In this document: positions 1-8,666 of the stretch, one piece after another
How the letters are laid out: each line of letters begins with the position of its first letter
Position numbering within the stretch: the first letter of the stretch is position 1
Program-made: the position numbers and the translations under genes
The notes under the pieces: generated by a model
The model's input: only the letters and a program-made list of their open reading frames with translations
What the model was told of the DNA's origin: nothing
Databases searched by the model: none
NCBI GenBank assembly: GCA_948494895.1
Contig: CAOOBR010000029.1
Span: forward strand, 1-20,152
Origin: an uncultured Lachnospiraceae bacterium
GTDB lineage: Bacteria; Bacillota; Clostridia; Lachnospirales; Lachnospiraceae
Length of the DNA stretch: 20,152 nt
Reading direction: 5' to 3'

Positions 1-31
1 CATGAGACTGACTGAGCTGGCTACGCAATAA
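1..31 (+). CDS. Possible 3' end of an upstream plus-strand gene (partial; reads ...RLTELATQ*)
   Basis: Only frame 2 is open from the window edge; it runs atg aga ctg act gag ctg gct acg caa TAA, with the stop at 29-31. The other two frames hit TGA within 15 nt. It is followed by a plus-strand intrinsic terminator at 136-167. The fragment is too short to identify. Confidence 0.25.
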   Translation, partial: MRLTELATQ

Positions 32-95
32 AGTGGTATTCTCTTTGCATGCTATAGGGTAAATTTGTGTGTAGATGCTGTTTTTATAATAGAAG

Positions 96-129
96 AAAAA
101 AAACTCCCGCTAAAAAAGTAGGAGTTTTT
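96..129 (-). terminator. Rho-independent terminator for htrA (minus strand); half of a bidirectional terminator pair
   Basis: Inverted repeat aaaaactcc (99-107) / ggagttttt (121-129) with a 13-nt loop. On the minus strand the stem is followed by an 8-U run (96-103), about 100 nt past the htrA stop. Confidence 0.55.
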
Positions 130-135
130 CAGTGT

Positions 136-167
136 CCTTGAAAATATATTATTTTCAAGGGTTTTTT
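136..167 (+). terminator. Rho-independent terminator (plus strand) for the gene ending near position 31
   Basis: Perfect 11-bp inverted repeat ccttgaaaata (136-146) / tattttcaagg (150-160) with a 3-nt loop, followed by gTTTTTTg (162-167). Confidence 0.6.
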
Positions 168-231
168 GCCTTTCTTATTCTAATTTGCAGTATTTGCAGT
201 AAAAGCTAGGACTATGCCAAAAGCCAAACCA

Positions 232-1434
232 TCAGTCCGTCCTAGCCGTTAATGAAACGGAAACCTCCTTTTCCAAATACCCGCCGTTGTCCGCTACCTG
301 AACTGTAACCATTACCGCATCTCCAACCTGATAATCCCTGAGCGCCTCTTTTAAATCGTCCATGGACACGATTTCCTTATCTCCCACTTTCGTAATAATA
401 TTGCCCTCGATTATGCCGGCTGCCTCGGCTCCGCCGCCTTCAATCACCTGCGCAACATAAACGCCACGCGGCATCTGGTACTGGCTGGAAACTTCTTCCG
501 TTACCTCTTTTCCATAAATGCCAAGATATGGGCTGCCTGTCGTCGTCACTTTCCCGTTTGCAACCAAATCTTCCAAAATCGGGCCTGCCGTCGCGATTGG
601 AATCGCAAAGCCCATACCCTCTACCTTCGTATCTGAATATTTTGAAGAATTAATCCCGATTACCTCGCCTTTTGTATTAATCAGCGCTCCGCCGCTGTTG
701 CCCGGATTAATTGCCGCATCCGTCTGAATCAGACGGCTCATTACGGTCTCTCCGGTAGATTCATCCTGAAATGTCACCTCACGCCCTAATGCGCTAATCA
801 CGCCAGTTGTCACCGACTGACCGTACCCTAACGCGTTACCGATAGCGATCGCGGAATCCCCGACAGAAATCTTTTCCGAATCGCCCATAACCGCAAGTTG
901 TATTGTTTTCAAAGTTTCCTCTGTCAAATCTGACAGCTTTATCTGGACAACCGCCAAATCATCGGCCGGATCTGTGCCGCGCACCGTTGCGGGAGCCGTC
1001 GTCTCATCGGAAAACTGCACCGTCAAAGCATTCGCGCCTTCTACCACATGATTATTCGTCGCAACATACAAATACTCGTCATCTTTATCAATCAAAATTC
1101 CGGAACCGCTGCTCTCACTTTCAAACATTCTGTTCTGTCCAAAAAAGCTTAAAATTTCCTGCTGCGTCATGCTCGTAATAGATACAATCGATGGCATAAC
1201 GTCTTTTACCACGCCTGAAATATCTGTGGAAGCGGAAGTCGCCCCTGTGCTCACCGGCTGAATCTTGTCGGAATCAATCGTCTTTCCCTCCTCAGTCACT
1301 TCTTTTCCATCTGCAAAGAGATTACTTTCCATAAAATAATTCGCTCCGGAAAACGCTGTTCCTCCAACCACTCCAAACACCAGAGCCAGAGCCGCGCATT
1401 TCGTTACCTTACCCATAAATTTTGAACTTCCCAT
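232..1434 (-). CDS. htrA: HtrA/DegP-family trypsin-like serine protease with N-terminal membrane anchor and C-terminal PDZ domain
   Basis: 400 aa. Catalytic triad motifs TNNHVV (His), DLAVVQI (Asp) and GNSGGALIN (Ser) are present. N-terminal hydrophobic segment KCAALALVFGVVGGTAF. PDZ-like C-terminus (GVYVAQVIEGGGAEAAGI...). RBS AAGGAG lies 8 nt before the ATG at 1434. Stop is TGA. Confidence 0.9.
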   Translation of the reverse strand: MGSSKFMGKVTKCAALALVFGVVGGTAFSGANYFMESNLFADGKEVTEEGKTIDSDKIQPVSTGATSASTDISGVVKDVMPSIVSITSMTQQEILSFFGQNRMFESESSGSGILIDKDDEYLYVATNNHVVEGANALTVQFSDETTAPATVRGTDPADDLAVVQIKLSDLTEETLKTIQLAVMGDSEKISVGDSAIAIGNALGYGQSVTTGVISALGREVTFQDESTGETVMSRLIQTDAAINPGNSGGALINTKGEVIGINSSKYSDTKVEGMGFAIPIATAGPILEDLVANGKVTTTGSPYLGIYGKEVTEEVSSQYQMPRGVYVAQVIEGGGAEAAGIIEGNIITKVGDKEIVSMDDLKEALRDYQVGDAVMVTVQVADNGGYLEKEVSVSLTARTD

Positions 1435-1560
1435 ATAAAAAACGCTCCTTTCTTAAAACCCTTTATCCTGCTTTCTTCTGTTTTCGTTTACAAAAGTAAG
1501 TATATGGCGAATTTATGTTAAGATTTTGATGAAAATATGAAAAAAGTATGTTTTCATCAG

Positions 1561-4500
1561 TTAAATCACAACTTCCCCGCCAAGCGCAAACGAGTAAATA
1601 ATTTTTTCTTTGACTTTTTTGCCCAGATTTTGTTCCAAAGCTTCCTGATAAAGTTCAAGCTGCTTTCGATACCGCCGTATCAATTCTTCTTTCGTTTTCA
1701 CTCTGTCCGTTTTATAATCAATTAAAACAATGCCGTCTTTCTCGATAAAGAAAGCGTCAATAATTCCCTGAATTAACACCATGGTATTGCTTCCGTCATG
1801 CTCAATTTCATCTGCGGGCCGTCCCATAACAAAAGGCTGTTCCGTATAAAGCTCCTTTTCTTTTGCCGCTTGTTTCATACGGAAAGCCAGAGGGGACTTA
1901 TAAAAACAGACTAATTTTGGCATCTGTATGTAAGACCGCGCTTCTTCATTGATTTTTCCGGATTCCGTCAGCCTGTTTAACCATTGTTCCAAGAGTTCTT
2001 CCAGATCCGGCTTTCCGGCAATCTGTTCAATTGGAAGGCATTCCACCGCGCGATGCATCGCGTTTCCATATAGCGTCCCAAAACTTCGTTCCGTTTCCCC
2101 TCCGGCAAAACGTGGGATATAAGGCGCGTATTCCTCCATTTTCTCTTGCCCTACAGGCAATTCCTCCGGTTCATACACCGCCAGAGCCGATCTGTGCTTT
2201 AATTCGGATACGGAATATTTTGTTTTACGCGTCGTTTCCACTATATCTGGATAGTTATAAGACAACTTCCGATCAACATATGCATCAAACTTTTCGTTTG
2301 GCTTGGAAAAGTCTGACAAAAGCGCGCTTATGCCTTCAGCCTCGTCCAATTTGTCTTCCGCTTCTTCTTCCACCAAATCAGTCACGTTCCATACTTGAAG
2401 GAGATCCGTAAAACCTGCCGCCGCCACAGCCGGCAAAAGCCAGTCCAAATAAGAATTTGCGCCCGCCCGCTGAAAAAAGGATAACGGCTGCCTTTCCTGC
2501 CGTTTCATTTTTTCCAGCCGTTTCTTCATATCTTTCGATACGCCTGTTACCACCAGTTTTTCTTTGGCGCGGGTAAGCGCGACGTAAAGCGCGCGGAGCT
2601 CCTCACCAGAATTTTCCAGCTCTAACTGCTTTGCCGCCGCTTTTTTATAAAGAGTTGCGCCGCGGATGCGAAGCTCTGGATCAATATATTCTAACGCCGC
2701 CCCTAAATCCGGATGGATAATCAAACTGCTTCTGGCATCCATACGGTTAAACATTTTTGCTGCGCCGCACAAAAAAACGACGGGAAATTCCAAACCCTTG
2801 CTTTTATGAATCGTCATAATCCTGACTGCATTGGCATTTTCAGCCACTACGTCCGCTTCCCCGTAATCCACCTGATATTTCTGTAATCTGTCAATGTAAC
2901 GGATAAAATGGAACAAACCACGGTAACTTGTTTTCTCATATGCGGCGGCTTTCTCTAACAACATTTCAATATTTGCCTTTTTTTTCGTCCCATTTGGCAT
3001 AGCCGCCGCATAACGGGCGTATCCGGTTTCCTCTAAAATCCGGTACAGCAGTTCATGAATTGGAAGCGCAGGCACAAGGGCGCGGAATTTGGACAGTTCC
3101 TCTAAAAAACAGTTTAACTTGCCATATAAGCCCTCCGAAAGACTGGATGCATCGGATTCCAATACACAGCAATGAAATGCTTTTTTCATTCCGGCTGTTT
3201 TTAAAATGGCTAGTTCTTCATCGGTAAATCCTCCAATGGGCGAACGCATCACCGCCGCAAGCGGAATATCCTGCCTTGGATTATCCAGTATCCGAAGCAG
3301 ACTTAAAATTGTCTGAATCTCCGGCGCCTGAAAATATCCGGTCTTTGACGTTGCATGGGCAGGGATTTTCTTTTGCCCAAACACTTCTAAAAATGTGTCG
3401 GCATAATTCCCAAAACTGCGAAGCAAAATAACAATGTCGGAATAGCGGATCGGGCGGAGCTTTCCTGTCTTCTTGTCTGTTACCTGCTGCTCTTTCATCA
3501 TTCTCCGGATTCTCGAAGAAACAATTTCCGCTTCAAGACGGATCGGATCAGAAAGTCCCGCTTCTGCGGCAAATTCGTCCTGACTGTCAGAAACGATAAG
3601 TTCCGCCTGCATGGAGCCGCTTTCGGGATAGACGGCTCCGCAATAGAGGGCGGCGGCATCGTTGTATTCAATATTCCCCAGATCTTTTTTCATAATCTGA
3701 TAAAAGATCCCATTCGCAAAATCAAGCGTCTCTACACGGCTCCTAAAGTTTTTATGCAATTCTATTTTCTGGCAGGAAGAAGCTTCCTCTGTGTAAGTTT
3801 CATATTTTTCCATAAACAGCTCTGGTCTTGCCAGACGGAAGCGGTAAATGCTCTGTTTCACGTCCCCGACCATAAAGCGGTTAAATTCTCCCGTCTCCTC
3901 TCTCGAAACAGCCCGCATCAGACATTCTTGGACAAGATTGCTGTCCTGATACTCATCAATCATCACTTCTTCAAATAGTTTCCTGCATTGGATCGCGGCT
4001 TCTGTCGGCTCTTTTGTCTCCTCATCAAGCAGGATTTTTAATGCAAAATGCTCTAAATCATCAAAATCCAAAATATTTTTTTCACGTTTCTTTTTCTCAA
4101 ACGCATCGATAAATTCCGCTGTCAGACGCGTCAGTTCTCCGGCAACTGGAGCCATCTGCCACATACGTTCCATCAATGCGTCTTCGTCTGCAAAAAAGAA
4201 CTCCGTTTTCATTTTTTTCATGGCGGACTTAATCGTATCCCGCTGTTCCTTCAACAATTCTAATTTTTCAATGCTTCCTTCATACCCCCGTTTTGACGGC
4301 AGCCTGTCCAAAGAAAAGCCTGCCGCCAGCGCAGATATGCTCCGGTAATCTGAAGCGTTTGCCAAATGCCGGATACGCAAAGCGTCCCGCTCTGCCGTCT
4401 CTTTCAAATAATCCGGCCCGTCGGGCTCGCTTGCCAGCCTGATATTGCTCTGCGCGATAGCGCTTATGCTTTCTAACATTTTTTGTAAATAATCCATCAG

Positions 4501-5139
4501 AGCCTTCATAAATGGCTTTTGCTCCAGTTCCTCAAATGTCTGAAACTGATAGTCCGCCGATGCTTTATCAAGCCATTCTTTTGGCCATGGGTTGCTCATG
4601 GCAAACTGATACATTTTTAACGTCATATCTTTTAATTTTTCATCTGTTTTCCCAACTGCAAAACATTCCACAAAACGCAGAAAGGATTCGCCTGCTTCCT
4701 CATAATTTTTATTTAAAACCTCTGCCATGACGTCTTCCCGAAGCAGATTCAGCTCTCCTTCTTCCGCAATCCGAAAATTCGGCTCTAAATCAACGCGGTG
4801 GAAATAACTGCGGATTAAATACAGGCAAAAACTATGGATTGTCGTAATCTGCGCGTGATGCACAAGAGCCGCCTGCTTTTGCAGATGGCTGTCGTAAGGA
4901 TTTTCCTCCAATGCAGTTTCTATCGCCGCTCCGATACGCTCCCGCATTTCCGCGGCGGCGGCGGAAGTAAATGTCACAACCAGCATACGGTCAATATCCA
5001 TTGGATGCGTTTGATCTAAAATCCTGCCAATGATCCGCTCAACCAAAACGGCTGTTTTGCCGCTTCCCGCCGCGGCGGAAACCAAGATATTCCTGTCCCT
5101 TAAGGTAATTACCTGCTTTTGTTCGGTTGTCCAGTCCAT
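1561..5139 (-). CDS. addA: ATP-dependent helicase/nuclease subunit A (AddA; UvrD-like helicase plus C-terminal PD-(D/E)xK nuclease)
   Basis: 1192 aa. N-terminus MDWTTEQKQVITLRDRNILVSAAAGSGKTAVLVERI carries a Walker A motif and is the canonical AddA/RexA start. UvrD helicase motifs run throughout, with a C-terminal nuclease-domain region (DYKTDR...). The ATG at 5139 sits 1 nt after the addB stop (TGAcATG), suggesting translational coupling. Stop is TAA. Confidence 0.93.
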   Translation of the reverse strand: MDWTTEQKQVITLRDRNILVSAAAGSGKTAVLVERIIGRILDQTHPMDIDRMLVVTFTSAAAAEMRERIGAAIETALEENPYDSHLQKQAALVHHAQITTIHSFCLYLIRSYFHRVDLEPNFRIAEEGELNLLREDVMAEVLNKNYEEAGESFLRFVECFAVGKTDEKLKDMTLKMYQFAMSNPWPKEWLDKASADYQFQTFEELEQKPFMKALMDYLQKMLESISAIAQSNIRLASEPDGPDYLKETAERDALRIRHLANASDYRSISALAAGFSLDRLPSKRGYEGSIEKLELLKEQRDTIKSAMKKMKTEFFFADEDALMERMWQMAPVAGELTRLTAEFIDAFEKKKREKNILDFDDLEHFALKILLDEETKEPTEAAIQCRKLFEEVMIDEYQDSNLVQECLMRAVSREETGEFNRFMVGDVKQSIYRFRLARPELFMEKYETYTEEASSCQKIELHKNFRSRVETLDFANGIFYQIMKKDLGNIEYNDAAALYCGAVYPESGSMQAELIVSDSQDEFAAEAGLSDPIRLEAEIVSSRIRRMMKEQQVTDKKTGKLRPIRYSDIVILLRSFGNYADTFLEVFGQKKIPAHATSKTGYFQAPEIQTILSLLRILDNPRQDIPLAAVMRSPIGGFTDEELAILKTAGMKKAFHCCVLESDASSLSEGLYGKLNCFLEELSKFRALVPALPIHELLYRILEETGYARYAAAMPNGTKKKANIEMLLEKAAAYEKTSYRGLFHFIRYIDRLQKYQVDYGEADVVAENANAVRIMTIHKSKGLEFPVVFLCGAAKMFNRMDARSSLIIHPDLGAALEYIDPELRIRGATLYKKAAAKQLELENSGEELRALYVALTRAKEKLVVTGVSKDMKKRLEKMKRQERQPLSFFQRAGANSYLDWLLPAVAAAGFTDLLQVWNVTDLVEEEAEDKLDEAEGISALLSDFSKPNEKFDAYVDRKLSYNYPDIVETTRKTKYSVSELKHRSALAVYEPEELPVGQEKMEEYAPYIPRFAGGETERSFGTLYGNAMHRAVECLPIEQIAGKPDLEELLEQWLNRLTESGKINEEARSYIQMPKLVCFYKSPLAFRMKQAAKEKELYTEQPFVMGRPADEIEHDGSNTMVLIQGIIDAFFIEKDGIVLIDYKTDRVKTKEELIRRYRKQLELYQEALEQNLGKKVKEKIIYSFALGGEVVI

Positions 5140-5140
5140 G

Positions 5141-8100
5141 TCACTTCTCCTTTTTCTCTCTAATCCTGAATAAAAGTTCCTCCTCGGACAGCTCCTCTAA
5201 TTTCCGGTACGCATATCCCGGCGCCCTTACGTCAAATTGGCAGACGCTTTTGAACTCACAGTAATCACAGCCTGTCTTCCCGTCCAGCGAATACGGGTTT
5301 GAGCCAATATCCCCCTGAATTATGCGCTGTCCCAAATGCAGTATCGTCTCATTGACATAAGAGGACAGCGCCCCAAAGTCTTCTGCCGTCAAAGTTTTGG
5401 AAGTCTTTTTCAAACTGCCGTCTTTGTTAATTCCAACCGGAATTACGCTGGAATTTTTGCCCTCTCCTTCTCTAAGAGAAACATCCAAACTTTCGATCAC
5501 GTCCCTGTCTGCATTGACAACGCCGTTTAGCTTTAACTCACGGAATATTTTTTCATTTAATTCTTCCTCTACAAGCGTTTCATCTGCTTCAACCATCGGA
5601 TCATTGACATGGTAATAGAAAATGCCTGCCGGAACGGCAGTAATTTCAGGATAGCGTTTCTCCATCAGTTCTAATGCGGCGTTCATATAGACAACTAACT
5701 GAAGCTGAAGCCCATGGTAGACGTTTAAGAACTGAAAACTGGTATTTCCCGACTTATAATCAATAATTTTCACATATAATTTTTCGTTTTCCTTTAATGT
5801 GTCTATGCGGTCAATCCGTCCCCGCAGACGCATTCTTTCTTCTTCACTCAGACGGAAATTAACAGCATTTAAATCTTCTGTGTACGAAAACGAAACTTCA
5901 AACTCATCCGGCGTAAACCTCCCCTGCCGGACCTGATACAAAAGGGCATGGACTGTCCGTTTTAATATCCGTCGCATCCGCTCTTTGGCATAGTTGCTCC
6001 TCGCATTTTCATACAACGCCAAATTGTGGTTTTTCTCCAACGCCAAAGCCATGGATTCTTCCAGAAGGCTCTCACTCTCCTCTTTCGTAATGGTATGCCA
6101 GCTATAATTGTTCTGACGGATGCCCTCAGCAAACAACTGAAGCGCGTCATGGAAAATATTCCCATAATCCACGGCATAAAAACCGCTTTCTATGCGTTCC
6201 TTTAAATTTAACCCATAAGTAAGGAAATGGGCAAACGCGCAAGATGCAAAATTCTCCAGACGCGTCACGCTGTTTTCCAATTCCACGCCATAGAGGGCTT
6301 TCGTCACGGAAGCGGAAATCGGCATATCGGCATAGACATACTTTGCCGCCTCAAACAGACGCTTAGCTTCCTGCCTCCATTCTTCCTTAGATAAATACCA
6401 ACGGCAGAGAGCCGACCAACAGCGGATTTCATCTTCCCGCTTTTTCCGTTTCCACTCCGCCGCGGATTGCAATCCTTCCACTAAAAGCCCACGGGAGCTT
6501 TCCGGCGTGGCAATGCGTTCCAGAAAAGGCTCGTCCTCCACTTCGCAGATGCTTAAATTTTCATATAGCTTTAAAATCGTATGGATTAAATAGGAACTGC
6601 GCATTGCGCTTCCGTCCCCGCTCACCCTTGCATAAGAAAGGTAAAGCTTCTCTGATGGCTTTGTCAAAGTCAGGTACAAATAAAACTTCTGAATAAACGT
6701 CTGTTCCCGCACAGTCGGCGCAAGCTCAAGATTAAAACCCGCCAACTGTTCCCGCTCTGCCGCAGAAAGGATGCCGTCCGCCCCCTGAGCTTTCGGAATT
6801 ATGCCATCGTTGACCCCGACGAAAAACAACGCCTTTATATGCTCAAGACGCGTCCGCTCAATGTCCCCAAAGACAAGGCGGTCATATCCCGGAGGGATAA
6901 TCCCCACCTTTGCGGCTTCATATCCGGAATCCAAAATACGCGCATATTCTTCCAGCGGAATCGTCTCGCCGCCTAATAGCTCCGCCATTTTATCAAACAA
7001 ATCCATGATAATCTGGTAAATCTGGGCATATTCTTTGGCATTCTTTAAATCCCCCGCTTGTTCATACGCCAATTCCCTCTGCTTTAGCTGCCTCTCGGCG
7101 TCCCTGTCACAGATAAAACGGTAAAATGCTTTTGTCCGCTGCTCCACGGTCAGATTCTTTTCTTTCATAATATCATAAAAATCCGCAAACTGGCCTGCTG
7201 CTTTTTCACGGATTTCATTCACCGCCATAAGAGATTCCTCGTCGTATCCTTTCGGCAGATAGCAAAACGCTTCCTTCCATTTCCGATAACCGCGAATGCC
7301 TGCCGCCAGACAATAATTCTCTAATATGTCCACTTCCTTATCCGGAATCTGGGACAAACCGCTTCTTAAATACCGAAATATGCTCTCCATCGAAAAATCA
7401 TAAAGGACTGTCTCTAACGCGGCGCGTAAAAATTCCACAAACGGGTGGAACAGCGCCGTCGATTTCTGATCGAGAAACAATGGTATCCGGTATTTTGCAA
7501 ACACTTCCTTCGCATAATTGGCATACCCCGCCAAATCCCCGCAGACTACGGCTATCTCCCGATAATGGAAGCCTTCCTGTGTCAGGCGGTTTATTTCCCT
7601 TGCCACAAAGTGAAGCTCCGCTCTTGGATTTTTAAAACTGTATAGTTTCAGATCCGGCTCGTCTGAAAGCGTAAACCGCGTTCCCTTTTGCCGGAACAAG
7701 TTCTGTTCCAAAAAAAGGAGCTCTTTGGAATGCCCAAAACGGCTCTCTTTGGAATGTGGCAGTACAATGGGCTCTCTGACCGGAATATGTATCCTATCCG
7801 CCATTTCCCGCAATGATTTTATCATTTTCTTGCTCATTGCAAACAGTTCATGGCTGCCTGCGCACTGATAGAAACTCTCCCTAACGTCAATCGTCACTGT
7901 AACATAAACTTCCTCGGCAATGGCAAACAAACGGTTCAGCAGCAAATTTTGAATCGGCGTAAATCCGGTAAACCCGTCAAAAAAGATTACGCTTCCTTTT
8001 AAGATTTCCGACTGCCCTGCCACATCGGTTAAAAGTTCCAAAATTTCTTCCGCCGTGACAAACCGCCCTTCCAAAAAATCCAAAAATCCCTGATACATAA

Positions 8101-8578
8101 TCTGCACATCATGCAGTTTATGCGAAAAACTGCCATCTAAAATATTCTCCGATGCATCCAATAACTGGGACGGCGCAACATTATACTGTGACAATTCCGA
8201 AATCAGGGATTTTAATTCTTCAATATACCCCATTTTCGTGATATTCTTTTTTAAAACAGTCAGTTCGTCCGCTTTTTCCTCCGCCACCCGCCTTAAAACC
8301 AGATTTTTCCCCGTCTCCTCTAAGACCTGCCCGCGGAAACTGCCAAGCTCGTCAAAAATACGGTACGCCAGACGGTTAAAACTTAACACGTCAATATTTA
8401 AAATACTGTGATTTTTATGTACCGCCGCCAATTCCCTCTGCGTCTGCAATGTAAACTGTTCCGGCACTAGAAACAAAAAATTTTTCTTTGGCGAATCTGC
8501 CGCCAATTCAACTACTTTATGAGATATAAAATGCGTTTTGCCGCTGCCGGAATTGCCAAAAATAAATTGTAATGCCAT
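5141..8578 (-). CDS. addB: ATP-dependent helicase/nuclease subunit B (AddB) with C-terminal Fe-S cluster nuclease domain
   Basis: N-terminal Walker A MALQFIFGNSGSGKTHFI. C-terminal cysteine cluster GCDYCEFKSVCQF (C-x2-C-x5-C, plus an upstream Cys), typical of the AddB iron-sulfur nuclease domain. The ORF track begins at a TTG at 8635, but the in-frame ATG at 8576-8578 (MALQ...) with upstream AAGGATAAGGGA is the plausible start. The TTG overlies the promoter -10 element. Confidence 0.9.
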   Translation of the reverse strand: MALQFIFGNSGSGKTHFISHKVVELAADSPKKNFLFLVPEQFTLQTQRELAAVHKNHSILNIDVLSFNRLAYRIFDELGSFRGQVLEETGKNLVLRRVAEEKADELTVLKKNITKMGYIEELKSLISELSQYNVAPSQLLDASENILDGSFSHKLHDVQIMYQGFLDFLEGRFVTAEEILELLTDVAGQSEILKGSVIFFDGFTGFTPIQNLLLNRLFAIAEEVYVTVTIDVRESFYQCAGSHELFAMSKKMIKSLREMADRIHIPVREPIVLPHSKESRFGHSKELLFLEQNLFRQKGTRFTLSDEPDLKLYSFKNPRAELHFVAREINRLTQEGFHYREIAVVCGDLAGYANYAKEVFAKYRIPLFLDQKSTALFHPFVEFLRAALETVLYDFSMESIFRYLRSGLSQIPDKEVDILENYCLAAGIRGYRKWKEAFCYLPKGYDEESLMAVNEIREKAAGQFADFYDIMKEKNLTVEQRTKAFYRFICDRDAERQLKQRELAYEQAGDLKNAKEYAQIYQIIMDLFDKMAELLGGETIPLEEYARILDSGYEAAKVGIIPPGYDRLVFGDIERTRLEHIKALFFVGVNDGIIPKAQGADGILSAAEREQLAGFNLELAPTVREQTFIQKFYLYLTLTKPSEKLYLSYARVSGDGSAMRSSYLIHTILKLYENLSICEVEDEPFLERIATPESSRGLLVEGLQSAAEWKRKKREDEIRCWSALCRWYLSKEEWRQEAKRLFEAAKYVYADMPISASVTKALYGVELENSVTRLENFASCAFAHFLTYGLNLKERIESGFYAVDYGNIFHDALQLFAEGIRQNNYSWHTITKEESESLLEESMALALEKNHNLALYENARSNYAKERMRRILKRTVHALLYQVRQGRFTPDEFEVSFSYTEDLNAVNFRLSEEERMRLRGRIDRIDTLKENEKLYVKIIDYKSGNTSFQFLNVYHGLQLQLVVYMNAALELMEKRYPEITAVPAGIFYYHVNDPMVEADETLVEEELNEKIFRELKLNGVVNADRDVIESLDVSLREGEGKNSSVIPVGINKDGSLKKTSKTLTAEDFGALSSYVNETILHLGQRIIQGDIGSNPYSLDGKTGCDYCEFKSVCQFDVRAPGYAYRKLEELSEEELLFRIREKKEK

Positions 8579-8626
8579 AATCGATCCCTTATCCTTTTCT
8601 GCCAGAACTGCTTGTATCCTACAATA

Positions 8627-8655
8627 ATTATACAAAAAAGTATCTTACATTACAA
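8627..8655 (-). promoter_or_regulatory. Sigma-A type promoter for addB-addA
   Basis: On the minus strand: -35 TTGTAA (8655-8650), exactly 17-nt spacer, perfect -10 TATAAT (8632-8627), about 50 nt upstream of the addB ATG at 8578. Confidence 0.55.
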
Positions 8656-8666
8656 TAATTTCTCAT

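Noticed and set aside
191-209. Short direct repeat tttgcagta x2 just downstream of htrA
   Set aside because: It is only 9 nt, in an AT-rich terminator-adjacent spacer, and is compatible with chance.
518-8635. Numerous 60-126 aa plus-strand ORFs inside htrA, addA and addB (e.g. 518..727, 2031..2411, 4512..4730, 7445..7645)
   Set aside because: All lie antisense within long, well-supported genes. They have proline/serine-rich low-complexity translations and lack start context.
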